A stretch of 63,962 nt of DNA, the filler included, from Reticulomyxa filosa (lineage: Eukaryota; Protista; Foraminifera): the NCBI GenBank assembly GCA_000512085.1. It is 13 parts of 13 records of this genome, joined end to end, with 100 filler letters (N's around TTAATTAATTAA, not from the genome) between each part and the next. Parts side by side here need not be neighbours in the genome. Positions count along the whole stretch, not along the records: positions 1 to 21,790 come from ASPP01004759.1; 12 more parts are not named here. One strand, given 5' to 3'. This document shows, piece by piece, positions 1 through 11,670 of the stretch. The first letter of the stretch is position 1. Each line of letters opens with the position of its first letter. The translations under genes and the position numbers were made by a program. The notes beneath the pieces are model-generated. The model searched no databases and was not told the DNA's origin. It saw only the letters and a program-made list of their open reading frames with translations.

Positions 1-201
1 AAGCTCTGTCTAAACGCATAGAAGTAGAATTATACTAAAAATGCATTATATTCAATACGACTAATATATGGCAAATTTTTTTGCTATTGTGGCTATTTAC
101 GTGTGAAAACTAAAAAAGTGACATAACCACAAGTTCAAAAAGTTTTTTAAAAGCTTAGGTAATGTTGATTTTTGATATTTGAGCCCTTGTTAGTAAGTGC
201 A

Positions 202-3200
202 ATGGAAATCCTTCCAATCGGTGGAGAGCATTTCAAATTTTCTCAATCTTTATATCAACTAACAACCAATACCGAGCTAAAGTTTACTAATGTTAACTCT
301 CCAATCCGTCGCAGCATTAGTCATCTCGCCAAAAGTATGAAAAGCTACCCAGAAGGACCAATCAACGTGGGGCTGTCCCTTTTCATTCGAAGAGTCGGAG
401 AAGTGGATACAGGTGTGCCACATTTGTGTAGTGATGTTTCCAAGGCAACAATTACTAAAAAGAAGTCCACACATATACATACGTATAAAAACCATCTCGG
501 ATGTATGTATGTGTATACAAATAGCGGCACAAACATTTAAGGCGGTATGACTTGCAGCAACGTATACATTCCCTTCCTCTCAATTCCATGTACATACATG
601 CGCATATAGAACAGTATACATACCAAAAAAAAATACCACGGGGACAAAACCCCACATTGTAACACATGTGCAGAATTTAATGATACTTTTGGAATGGAAC
701 ATCGACGAAGCGAATTATAAACTAGGTCGTCGAAAGGAAGGGGCAATCGAAGAGGAAGAAGAGAACAATGACGGCGAGTATGACGACGTTATCAAACAAG
801 TGTTGTGGAAGCCAAAATTATCATTCCCAACTTTGTTAGAAAGTAATATAATATTTCAAACAAATGGGCAAAAAAACAATTTTTTTTTATCTTGTTTTTT
901 TAAAATTGTTTGAACAGCACATTCTGATTCACCCAACTCTCAATGGCGTATTATCGGAGCTAATTCGTCACCTACAGGATTGAGAATGGTTGAATGGAAA
1001 GTTTGGATAATTTTTTTTTTGTGAAATGTACCCCTTTTCCAGAAAATGAACGGAACTATTTTCTTTTTATGTTTTGTCTATTTCATGCTCGTATTCGACC
1101 ACAAGTTCATGTTGCACGGAACATTTGCGGAACCATTGGGTATGTAAAAATGTTTTTTTGCCATCCCCTTTTTTTAAAGTACAAGAACAAATCATATGTT
1201 TATATGATAATAATAAACAGAATTGAAAAATTTCCCATTTGATTGTCAAGACTTGACTATCCCTATATGGAGTGAATTTTCGGTTGGTTTGTCTCTATCA
1301 AGAAACGGGCAGGGTGGGAGAGAAGATTGTTCAGTCGCGTCTTGCAGTAAAAGCTATACGTTTGTTGTGTTAGGTGGACAAAGCCGTATTGACGCCATCG
1401 GTTCGTCGCAATAACTCGATAGTAAGAATTGTGACTGAAAATATGTCGTTGGACAATTGGAAATTGCATACCCCAGTTTTGCCGAAGGGAGGAGGGGAAG
1501 GGAAGAAGAGTCAGAGACCGAGCGATTGTCACAATAGACTTTATTAAAATTTTTTTGTGCAATGTAAAACCGACAAAAAATAAAAATAAAAAAATAAACT
1601 AACAATCACAAGATCGTGGAATTTTCTCGAAGTGACCCGACCAAATCCGCAGCAAATATTTCGTATAGCAATTTCTTTTGTCGATTGAAGGTGGCTAGGA
1701 AATGGCGTTATTACTTTGACCATGTTCTTATCTATTGCACATTGTTCTCACTGTCCACCTTATGTGCATTTGCAATGGACCCGATTGACGATCTTGCTAA
1801 TCGCTTGAGTATGTTTAACTTTTTTTTTTCTTTTCAAAATGGCGTCATTTGAACCTTTTTTAATTTTGTACTTATCTCTATGCACATATATATTCATACG
1901 TGTATATATTGGAACTGTATGTGTGTAACAATAAGGCTTCATTTTCACATTGGTCTTGACCATGGTCGCCTTTCAATTTGTAGTGGACAGTAAAATGCCG
2001 GATGTTACGTAGTGTGTTACACTCTATCATCTGCGTTTTTTTTTTGCAATGTGATGTTTTTTTATTTGCATTTGCTCGCATAGGTACCTTATTTGACACA
2101 TTTGGATGTCTATGTGCGGAGTGTCTTCTTTTTCATGTTTTTTGTGGCTATTCAAAGTTTTGAATTTACTTATTTATTTATTTTTTTTTGTTTTCAAAAT
2201 GTTAAAAAGTTGAATGTTTATACTATGTATGTGTGACAAACTGAAGCATGCGCTTTAAATTGGTATGACAGTGGCAGTTCAAAAAGCCAACATAAGACGC
2301 ATCGAATTGACAAGATCACCTTGTGGATCGGATCGGCATGGCTCATTACGTTCCACGTAAGTTGGGTTGTAAACGCTCGTCGAGTCATGGCCACTGAACA
2401 ACTCAAGTTGAAAATGCGAGGCTGTGATTTGAAAAAAGAGATTGGAGAAGGAAGAGACTTGGTCTTGGGATTGACACATACTGCGAACGTGTTTGCAGGT
2501 TTTGGCTCATTTTTTTTTTTTCATCCCAAAAAATAAATCAATACAAGTATATAATTTTTTTTGGTCGGATTTTTGAAATGGTCAGAATCCGATATTTATG
2601 AAAATTGGGTGAAACATCTTGAACTCGTGAAACCCATCCAAGGTAATGAGGTGTTAGAGAAAGCGGGTATGACAGAAGAAGAGAAAACCATCCATTCTAA
2701 AGAGTATGACGACGCGTTGCTGATAATGAAACAAGGGGTAGTGAAAGTGGACCACTTTGAAAATATCTATCGACTAGAACCAAAGGTTGATGGTGTCCCC
2801 AATTTCCGCCAGGCCGAAGGGTTTTGGATTTTCGGATGTGGACAACCTACACTTGCTGCTTTGTCTAAATTGTTTATGGAATTCAAAAGTATACATACAC
2901 ATATGTACATATGTATGCACATTACAAAAGAAAAAAAAAAAGCATGCTTTTTTTTTGGTATTTTATTTGTAGCATGCAGCTACATGCACTGTTAATGGGA
3001 ACAGAGAGGAAGAAACAAGAAGAAAATTTTATTATGATTGTTTTGTATTGTATTGAATGAAATTTGTTAGAACTTGGATTGGAGCAATGCTTATGGGTGA
3101 ACATGAGATCAGAACCGGTATTGTATGTAAACGGAATGTCGTATGCGCCGAGAGACAAAGATCATTTGACACATAACATTCGATTGGGCGGAAGTTTGGA

Positions 3201-4340
3201 CGTGAACGATGTGAATTCATTGCAAAAAGAATTGGCGGATGTCGTGCGAATAAAGGCGCAGCTGAGCAATTGGCTATTCGAATATCACAAAGATACGTAC
3301 GCGTTGTTGCCGGTGGATCGAAAGGATATGGTACTAACAGAGCCGATCAGTGGTTCCGATTCGGTGAAAACACTAGTCGAAATATACATTGAACAAGACA
3401 CGAGCTCTTTCCCAGTGAAGCTGGAGAGATTGCCTGTAAATGATGAAAGAGCACCGGATGCAGTCGATATTGACACATTGGTAGAGCGGGTCAAAGAATA
3501 TACTGACAACAAAACTGCCATTGTTTTCAATTGTCAAATGGGTAAAGGAAGAACTACTGTGGGCATGATTTGCAGTTGTTTAATCAAGAAGCATTGCGGT
3601 ATGTTTTTGTTTTTTTTTTGTTTCATTGTTTGATTTGCATTCGATTGCGAATCGATATTTATTGCAACATTTTTTCTGATAACAAAATGATGAACCATTT
3701 TCCAGGTGAATTCCAATCAAATATGTCCACGAAATATCCGACGGTGTGGCCGAATACCACTCCTACGATATCGAGTGAAGAAGCAAAAGACAATAAACAA
3801 TATTTGAGACGCATGTCCACAAGATCAAAAGTGGAAACACACCTCCAAATAGAAATCCAATCACAGCATTCTTTGAGCGAGCAAGAGATGAGAAATGGAA
3901 ACTATACATTGGTCAAAAAATTGCTGGATGTATTAACTAACAAATATCATTTGGATGGTCACAAAATCAAGACTGAAGTGGATGATATCATCGATAGAAA
4001 TCAACATTTGCAAAATATGCGCGTTTGTATTTATTCCACCAAATTATGGTAATATTATATACATATACTATTTCAAACTATTTGATCTTTTTTTTTATAT
4101 TCACAGTGACAAAAAAAAATTAAAAAAAATGATAGGTATGATCGTGAAACACCAGATCGAAGGTCATATTGGAAAGAATTATCTGAACACTTTTTGGAAA
4201 GATACTTGGTGTTGATCAGTTTCAACGCATATTTGCACGAGGCTATCAAAGACGAGTTCCGAAGTAAGTATTCTGAGTGGGTGCGAAAACATCCTGACGT
4301 TTTGGATGTGCTGACAATTAAATCTTTTAACTGGGATTAG
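202..4340 (+). CDS. Cys-less pentameric ligand-gated ion channel (Pro-loop receptor) fused C-terminally to a paladin / PTP-like phytase domain; 15 exons, ~882 aa
   Basis: Hand-spliced exons: 202-412, 525-544, 674-842, 918-1000, 1106-1139, 1221-1282, 1374-1475, 1613-1808, 1936-2003, 2084-2156, 2247-2498, 2586-2888, 3071-3598, 3706-4048, 4136-4340. All introns are GT..AG; total 2649 nt with no internal stop. pLGIC motifs: PINVGLSLFIRRVGEVDT-AAQTFKA, LWKPKLSF, LELKNFPFDCQDLTI, pre-M1 ARKWRYY, M2 RLSFIFTLVLTMVA, MPDVPYLTHLD, M4 IDKITLWIG. Paladin motifs: GVPNFRQ, GCGQPT, WVNMRSEPVLYVNG, RLPVNDERAP, FNCQMGKGRTT, LERYLVLISFNAYL. Confidence 0.82.
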
Positions 4341-4915
4341 AACTTCGTCTTTCCCTTTTTTTGTTGTGCTTGTTTGTTGTTGTCGGCGAAATAAACATTT
4401 TTGTGCGGTAGTTGTGTATTTTTTTTTGTTGGTTCGTTTGTTTGTACAGACATTGGCTTTTTTCTTTTTGCCGATTTGAGGACAGTGCTATGCATTTTTT
4501 CCCAAACTAAACTTGAAAAAGTATTTGCTGTTTGTTTCTGATTTGTAGGAGACTAGAATACACAGTTGTGTCATATTTGAAACATCAATTTGATGCACAG
4601 CTGCTTTTTAAAAAACCTTTTGTTGTAAAAAAGCTTTGAGAAAATGATTTTTTGCAACAAATCAACTATTAAAAGAACAAAAACTTTTTCACTATAACAA
4701 GAAAATTAGAATGAATTTCTTAAAGTTTGCTTGTTGGTCCGAGTAATTCAAACTTGAGGAAAAAGAGATATTTAAAAAAGTAGTGTACAATAGAGGCAAT
4801 GAGGAATTCAAAAACGGTACAATTAAAAGATTTGCGCAACGATGTTGCAACTTGTTGAATGGGTAAAATTAGATATATGAAATGCATATATAACGATAGT
4901 GGTTTGGACGTATAA

Positions 4916-5800
4916 TTAAGAAGTAAACAAATATTTTTTGTCGCCTGTGTAATGATATAACAGCTGACTTTGGTCATATCTGTGGGCATGCCATTTGAAA
5001 TATTTGCTACACTCATCACGAACATTTAACCACAATTTCCATTTGCGTTTGTTGCCAACACAATTGACATCGCTTTTTGGGTTGTTACAATTGAGAGCCA
5101 AATTCATTTTTTCTTGGATTTGTTTGTCAATCGTTTCAAGTGTCAAGTCTTTTGACAATAAATTGTTGGAAAGCATTTGATTTAAGTCTTCAAATCTGGC
5201 AACAGATTTGACATCTTTCAAATTATTGTCTTGATATTTGTGATCTAACAATACTAGTGCCCGAAAGGCAATCCAAGGGCCATAAATGGGATGAAGACAC
5301 AAATGAGGAGTGTTATAAAAAAAGCTATTTTTACTGACATGTGCAACTGTTTGAAATGATATCAAACGATCTTTGGACATTTCATAGGAATAATAAATTT
5401 CGAAACCAATTCGGTCTTTTTTCAAGTCATTGTTTAGCACATGGTCACAACATTGCCGGACCATTTGAGTCACATACACGTCCAAAGGATGCTCTATCGA
5501 TTGCAGGTCCGGATGTGTTTGGAAATATTTCAAAAATGGCTTCCAAAGGTGTCGGGAATTACCAATTAAGATCCCTGTGCTGTCGCTCATGTCACTTATA
5601 TTTCGGAACTTTTCTGGCAATTTTTTGATTTGGAGAGAGTTTTGCTCTATTTTTGGATACTTGTTGTAGTCTCGCATTGGAAACTGCTCTATTATATCCA
5701 GCCCTACATTTTGTAATTCCTCACTCAATTTGCCAAACAATTTTCCAAACACTTGCTCACTATCAATAGATGTTTCATTTGAATTGTCCATTTTTGCCAT
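4916..5800 (-). CDS. MMACHC: MMACHC/CblC-like cobalamin processing enzyme (cyanocobalamin reductase / alkylcobalamin dealkylase)
   Basis: Intronless 294-aa ORF with LIGNSRHLW, HPLDVY, FQTVAHVS and LCLHPIYGPWIAFRALVL, matching the CblC-family motifs (HPxxGxWFAxR). Confidence 0.8.
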   Translation of the reverse strand: MAKMDNSNETSIDSEQVFGKLFGKLSEELQNVGLDIIEQFPMRDYNKYPKIEQNSLQIKKLPEKFRNISDMSDSTGILIGNSRHLWKPFLKYFQTHPDLQSIEHPLDVYVTQMVRQCCDHVLNNDLKKDRIGFEIYYSYEMSKDRLISFQTVAHVSKNSFFYNTPHLCLHPIYGPWIAFRALVLLDHKYQDNNLKDVKSVARFEDLNQMLSNNLLSKDLTLETIDKQIQEKMNLALNCNNPKSDVNCVGNKRKWKLWLNVRDECSKYFKWHAHRYDQSQLLYHYTGDKKYLFTS

Positions 5801-6232
5801 CCTTTATTTAAATTTTTTGTCTCTCAATTTTAACCTTTTTCTAAGTTTCTCTCTTGTTACAAGTCTTAGTTTTAATGAAAATTGTTCGAAACAGTGCCTT
5901 TTGGATATGCCTTTGATTTCATTGTGTGCTATGACTTGTATTTTTTCTTCAAGAATTTATTTGTTCGTTAATTTGAAAGCGATAGTAGCGGAAACATTTT
6001 TCCCTAAAGAAAAAAAACCTTCATTGACGACTTTGTGAATAAATTTTCTAGGCCAATAAGACGAATACCAAGAACATGCGAATTGCACAGCTTTTTAATC
6101 GAATTCATATCAAAGTTTTGTTTTGGAAACAACTTTTTTTCTTATGAGGAAGAAAAAAAACTTACGACCCTCAATAACAAATATTATAGTAGCCCCATCC
6201 ATAAAAAAATAAATACAAACGCAAACATCAAG

Positions 6233-9200
6233 ATGGCTCTCTCTCTTCAACAAACATACATAGAAATAAACAGAAAGTTCTTGAAATCTTTTCTAACTGC
6301 GTGGGTTCTGGTAGTTTTGTCAAGTTTGTTGACCAACGCACAAAGTAATTACATTGTCGGAACGACAATAAGCCTGATATATAACGAAACGATATCCAGC
6401 GACTCTACCATAGTGTTGGCTTTAAACTATGTATCAAGGAATAAAACTGAGACTTGGCAAATCAGCACTGTGAGTGGAAAAAAAAAATAAACAATAAAAT
6501 AAAACAAACATAAAAAAAGATTAAAAAAAATGTAAAACAAAAAATAGTTTGAAGCAGGGTCGTTAAATGGGATAATAGAATATACTCCAAATTTGACCAG
6601 CACAATTGAGCCATTAAAAATTCCAAATGATACGACAGGCAATTTTTTAATAACGATAAACAATATTTCGAACATTACCATAGCAACCTTGTTGTACCCT
6701 CCAATGACCATCTATCAACCTTTGGAAATTCAAAGCATGAAAGTTTTGTTCTACAAATCTAACTCCATTTTTTTTTTTTGAGTCAGTTTTATACACTCCA
6801 AAACAAACCCCCTTTGTCTGGGATGACCACATTCTTCTCTCTGACCCTTTCTATCGATCACCTCTTCTGGCTCCACTTTTTTTTTTCCTTTTCGGCATGT
6901 GTTTGTTCTTTCACCTCTGTATTCCTGTTAGTACGCTCTATTTCTGTACCTCACAGAAGAGGAGAAAAAAAAAAAAAACAGAATAAATGTACACAACAAC
7001 TGTAATAGAGCGTCGTAGCGACAATTGGAACAGAGTTTATATTTACAGTTGAAATTCGAACTGATATTCTGCAATTGTATCAACCCAATAATTACGCCTG
7101 GCTGGTTTCCTTAATCAAGTTACCTTTTTTTTTTTTCTCCTCCTCATCCTCCACTGCAATAAGATACATCGAATTAAATACATACACATACATATATTAT
7201 GTCAGAATAAACTCCAGTAGCGAGAGTTGGACAAGCAATATGAAATTCCGCTGTCCGAGTCAAGCTCCGACACCTAATCCGACAACTTCTCCAACTAATG
7301 CCCCTTCCGCTGGTTCGCGTCTATTTTGTTGTCTTTTTTTTTTTTTTTTTCCTGCTTAATCCTTTTTTTTTTTTTTTTAAATCCCTTCAAATATAATATA
7401 GCGCCAACGGAAAGTCCCACGGTATCTCCAAGCAACAATCCGACCTTGTCCCCTACGCGCGTGCCAACTTTTGCACCTACTCTCACGCCTACTGTCCCAC
7501 CAACCTTCTCGCCGACTCTTGCGCCTACGATTTCGCCAACTCTTGCACCTTCAGTTTCACCAACTCTTTCACCAACTCTTGCACCTTCGGTTTCACCAAC
7601 TCTTGCACCTACCCTTGCGCCTACATTATCACCTACCGTTTTGCCTACATTAAATCCTACATTTTTACCCACAGCAAGGCCTACTAAAAAACCCACTACT
7701 AAAACGCCCACTACTAAAAGACCCACTACTAAAAGACCCACAGCAAGGCCTACTAAAACACCCACAGCAAGGCCTACTAAAAGACCCACAGCAAGGCCTA
7801 CTAAAACACCCACAGTAGCACCCACGCAACAACCGAGCGCTGGACCCTTTCTCTCTGTGAACGCACTCGTCGACTCCTCTTCGCTGAAGCCAATGCAGCC
7901 GAGAAGAGGTGCCCATGTTGTACAAAGCAGGGTTATGTCAAAGCGGATCGCGGGATCGTTCTCGTCGTCGACTCAAACGTTTGAACTGATGGCGGCCATT
8001 CCCAACGACATGTCTTTGCTTGGCGTCTACAGCTTCAGTATTGCCATCAATGGATCAATGCTGGACCCACTCACGCCGTCCATGTCTTTTTACACCATTT
8101 TGGATGCCCCCTTTTACGATGGTCTTGCAAAGTCACAAGTTCTAATCTATGGTTAGAGTCCACTTGTCACACGTTTTTTTTAGAACACCACACATATAGA
8201 TATGTATATGTATATGTATACGTATACATATCTATATGTACGTGCGTACAAAAAAAAAGGAGAAATAAAACTCTTATAAACAAGCAATGCTAATACGATA
8301 CAATAGACGACCGTTCGATCAATGTAACGGTGCCAAGCATATTGGCAATGTACGAGTCCGTGACCTTAGACGTGAGTGTTGGAAACCAATCGATACCTTT
8401 GACTCTGGCGTTGACACAGACGCAGAGTGCAAATGGCTCTGTTTCGTACCTACCTGTCGGGTGCAATCCGCCTTTCAGAGCGTCGGACTACCACACATTT
8501 GGATGGCTTACCAGCAATAGTGTCGTGTCGACGTTCCCCTCCGGACAGTATTCACTCGGCTTGTACTGGTTTCCCTTCTCTTCCTCTGAGCAGATCACTT
8601 CCAGTCAGGATTGGACGTTGCGACGACTCACCGGTCAAATCCCTGCTTTCATCCAAATTGTTAATCTCACTGATATTGATACCAACAGTACCAACAATAC
8701 CGTTATATCACCGTTCCTTGTCAAAAATGCAGACTCAGTTTTGATTAAAAAAAAAAATTGACTCTTATTTATTTATTTATGTAATGTGATTGTAGTTATG
8801 CTTGTATTGTAACAAAGTAGACCATTTTGAAAGCTGGATCCTCAATCACATTTCCAATTCACACTGCATTCAATATGAGCACAAAGTTAACATGCATGGC
8901 GTATCAACAGATCGGACATGATATATCTCGCCAATCGGCCCCTGTGGCATTTGAATATGATCCCACTCGGACAAATAACTCGGTCCGCGTTTTTGTTCCG
9001 GATGATTTTACTGATGATGACAATGTTCACACTTTTCTCCAGTTCGTCGCTTTCGATTGTTCCAACTTCCCTCTCTTTGTCACGGATATCCAAGTCGCTG
9101 GGGTCAGCGTCGATCACTCATCCGAGTCCGTCGTTGGCTTGGTTGTCGGAATTTCCATTGTTGTTGCTATCATCGTTGCCGTTGCTGTGTGTTGGATTTG

Positions 9201-9258
9201 GCGGAAACAAAAAACTACTGACTTTTTTTCTTATGAAGCTATTGAAATGCAAAATTGA
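6233..9258 (+). CDS. Type I membrane glycoprotein with signal peptide, Pro/Thr mucin-like stalk, one TM helix and short cytosolic tail (multi-exon)
   Basis: N-terminal hydrophobic segment FLTAWVLVVLSSLLTNA; many NxS/T sequons; PT-repeat exon; C-terminal TM VVGLVVGISIVVAIIVAVAVCWIW followed by RKQK and the tail ...SYEAIEMQN*. Exon boundaries are approximate. Confidence 0.7.
7400..7830 (+). repeat. Coding tetrapeptide tandem repeats (PTLA/PTLS/PSVS, then PTKK/PTAR/PTTK)
   Basis: 12-nt periodicity, e.g. CCAACTCTTGCACCT and CCCACAGCAAGGCCTACTAAAA, repeated. Confidence 0.9.
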
Positions 9259-9756
9259 ACAACTCTTTCTTTTTTCTTTTTGTCTTGTTGGTTTCTGTTC
9301 TTGTTCTTGTTGGTTGCTGTTACGTTCGCAACATTGTATGGCTGCAGTCTTCACCAACACCATTTCAAAATATAAAAAAGTTGAAACTTTTTCCACTGCT
9401 AAAGCGAGCATTGATTGTTTGCACAAACTTTTCATGTTTCCTTTTTTAATTTGCAATATTTTTTCAAAGTTGTGTTAAAAAACCAACAACAGAACACTGC
9501 TCACAATAATGTGAATTCATGTATTGCTTATTATTATCCGAGTTTGTGTTTATCTTCTTTTGGGTTTGTTTGTAAATAACTCTAAATCCGCATTGAAAAC
9601 ACAAAAATTTCTTGATATCAGTTTTAGCTTCACGAAATTTCGCAAACAAAAACGATAAGTAAATCAAGATTATGAAAATTCAGTTTGTGGGGTGTCTACT
9701 GTATATAGTTACACTTTCAGTAAAACAAAGTAAATTAAATAACCAAAATGAATAAC

Positions 9757-9860
9757 TCAATAAATAAAAAGAAAACAAACAAGAATTGAAGAAAAGGTGG
9801 AGAAGTTTAACATACTGTTACATAATGGTTCAGCCATGTGTAATATGGACTTGCCCTACA
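9757..9860 (+). repeat. ~100-nt degenerate repeat, copy A (inverted partner at 11554-11670)
   Basis: Shares AAACAAAC..ATTGAAGAAAAG..GAGAAGTTTAACA..GTTCAG..TATGGACTTG.CCTACA with the reverse complement of 11554-11670. Confidence 0.65.
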
Positions 9861-11553
9861 AGTTATGGAACTACGTAAAGTGTAATACGAAAGTTTGATT
9901 AACCCTATTTAGCAAACTTTCAACAAACTGAAATTTGGAGAATAAAAGATTGATGATTAAAGTGATTGTGACTAACATAAATGGAGTTCCGAAGCTAACT
10001 TTGATTTCTGATAATGATTAGTACTATTATCAACACAAAGTTAAAAAAAACTATTTTAATTGATATAAAAAACATTTTTACTTCAGCAACACAAACTCGT
10101 CCATAAACACACTTTGTTACCTTTAAATAGTATGAACAAGTCAGCAGCTAAACTTTGAACTTAAGAGAAACAGAAACATTAAAGATAAAAAAATAAAAAA
10201 AATGGAATAAGACCCTTTTTAAGGAAGTCTTTCAATCTATTTTTTTTCCGATAATAAAAGAGAAAATATATTTTCATTGTAACAAATATAATTATGTTCC
10301 AAACTTTTTTTTGACGTTAGATGAATAGTTTTTTTCTCAAACTAACTGATTTTTTTATCATTTAATATGATATTTTTAAGAATTTCTTTGAAGAATTTTC
10401 TACAGTTTCTTTCAAACTTTAAATGATGAAGATAGCTATATTTTTGAGATAACATCATTTTTATCTACATTTAGATGACACAATACAACTGAAATATATC
10501 GATTTGCAAAATGTTCTATCGAAGCACAAACAAAAAAAAAAACTGGACTGGTTAAAAATAATTATCCACAACACATTTTTGACTTGTGGTTAATAAAAAG
10601 ATAATGCTGTCCTTTAAAAAACAAGATATAGCAATCGAATGACTTTTTTCACTGAAAGATGAGATAAAAATCATGGACACTTTCATATGCGTTAAATGTA
10701 TCAGAAAAAAATATATATAAATCAACCACTTCCATTCGGTACTTGTCTTTTGATAAAACTGATTGTAGTTCATCGGTTTTAATTCATTCAAATCAGATTT
10801 GAATTTAAGTTTCCGCACAATCTTTGTGATTGAAAGACCTTCCATTTGTGATATTCTACAAATATACTAAATTTCTGCTGCAAAGAAATTTAAGCTACAC
10901 TTTATAACCTCCAAATGTAAAGTTTTATTCAAATATAATTTTTTTTGAAATCCAAGAAAAAATATTTTTGTTTGAAGACACTTTTATGAAATTTAAGTAT
11001 AATTTTCGAGCAGCGTTTTTTGTAGCAAATTAATGCATCAACATTTGTGAGGAATAAATGTAAATACTTTACAAAAATGTCTTTTATCAATGAATTGCTA
11101 CATAAATTTCTGTAACAACAGAAATGATTTCATATTATTATTACTCAGCATACAAAAAATCATGGCAAAGCATATCATTTTCTTTTAAGCTACTTTAAAG
11201 AATAAAAGATAACTGTAAAAACAAAAAAAGAGAATTGTCATGCATATGATTACATGCATTACATTCTCTTTATTTATGTAAAAGATCTATTGTGGTGAAC
11301 AAAAAAAATACAATGAATTTTTTCAACAACATTTTCCATCAACTATATATTAAATTTTAATATATATATTTTGTGGTCCATAAAAATTAACACATTTATC
11401 ACACTTTTTATAAATTTTTTTTAAGAATATAGTTTATTGTATTTGTAGTTAAACATTTTGACAATTGAGAAAATTTATTGCTTCTTAAAAAAATGATATT
11501 AAACAAATTCTGTCACGACTTTCAAAGAAATAATACGAAAATTTTTTAATATG

Positions 11554-11670
11554 TGTAGGTCAAGTCCATACTATAAGTTACTGAACTCTGAAAGAGTTTA
11601 GGAGCATATAGTGTGTTAAACTTCTCAACAAACTTTTCTTCAATATTTGTTTGTTTCTTTCTTTTATTGA
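11554..11670 (-). repeat. ~110-nt degenerate repeat, copy B (inverted)
   Basis: Reverse complement aligns by eye, with indels, to 9757-9860. Confidence 0.65.

Noticed and set aside
7295-7825. 176-aa Gly/Val-rich minus-strand ORF (VGAR repeats)
   Set aside because: Antisense shadow of the PT-repeat exon.
10552-10920. Possible transposase or Kelch remnant between the inverted repeats (FTFGGY.. fragment, 97-aa ORF)
   Set aside because: Too short and degenerate; no DDE motif or repeated Kelch pattern that I can support.
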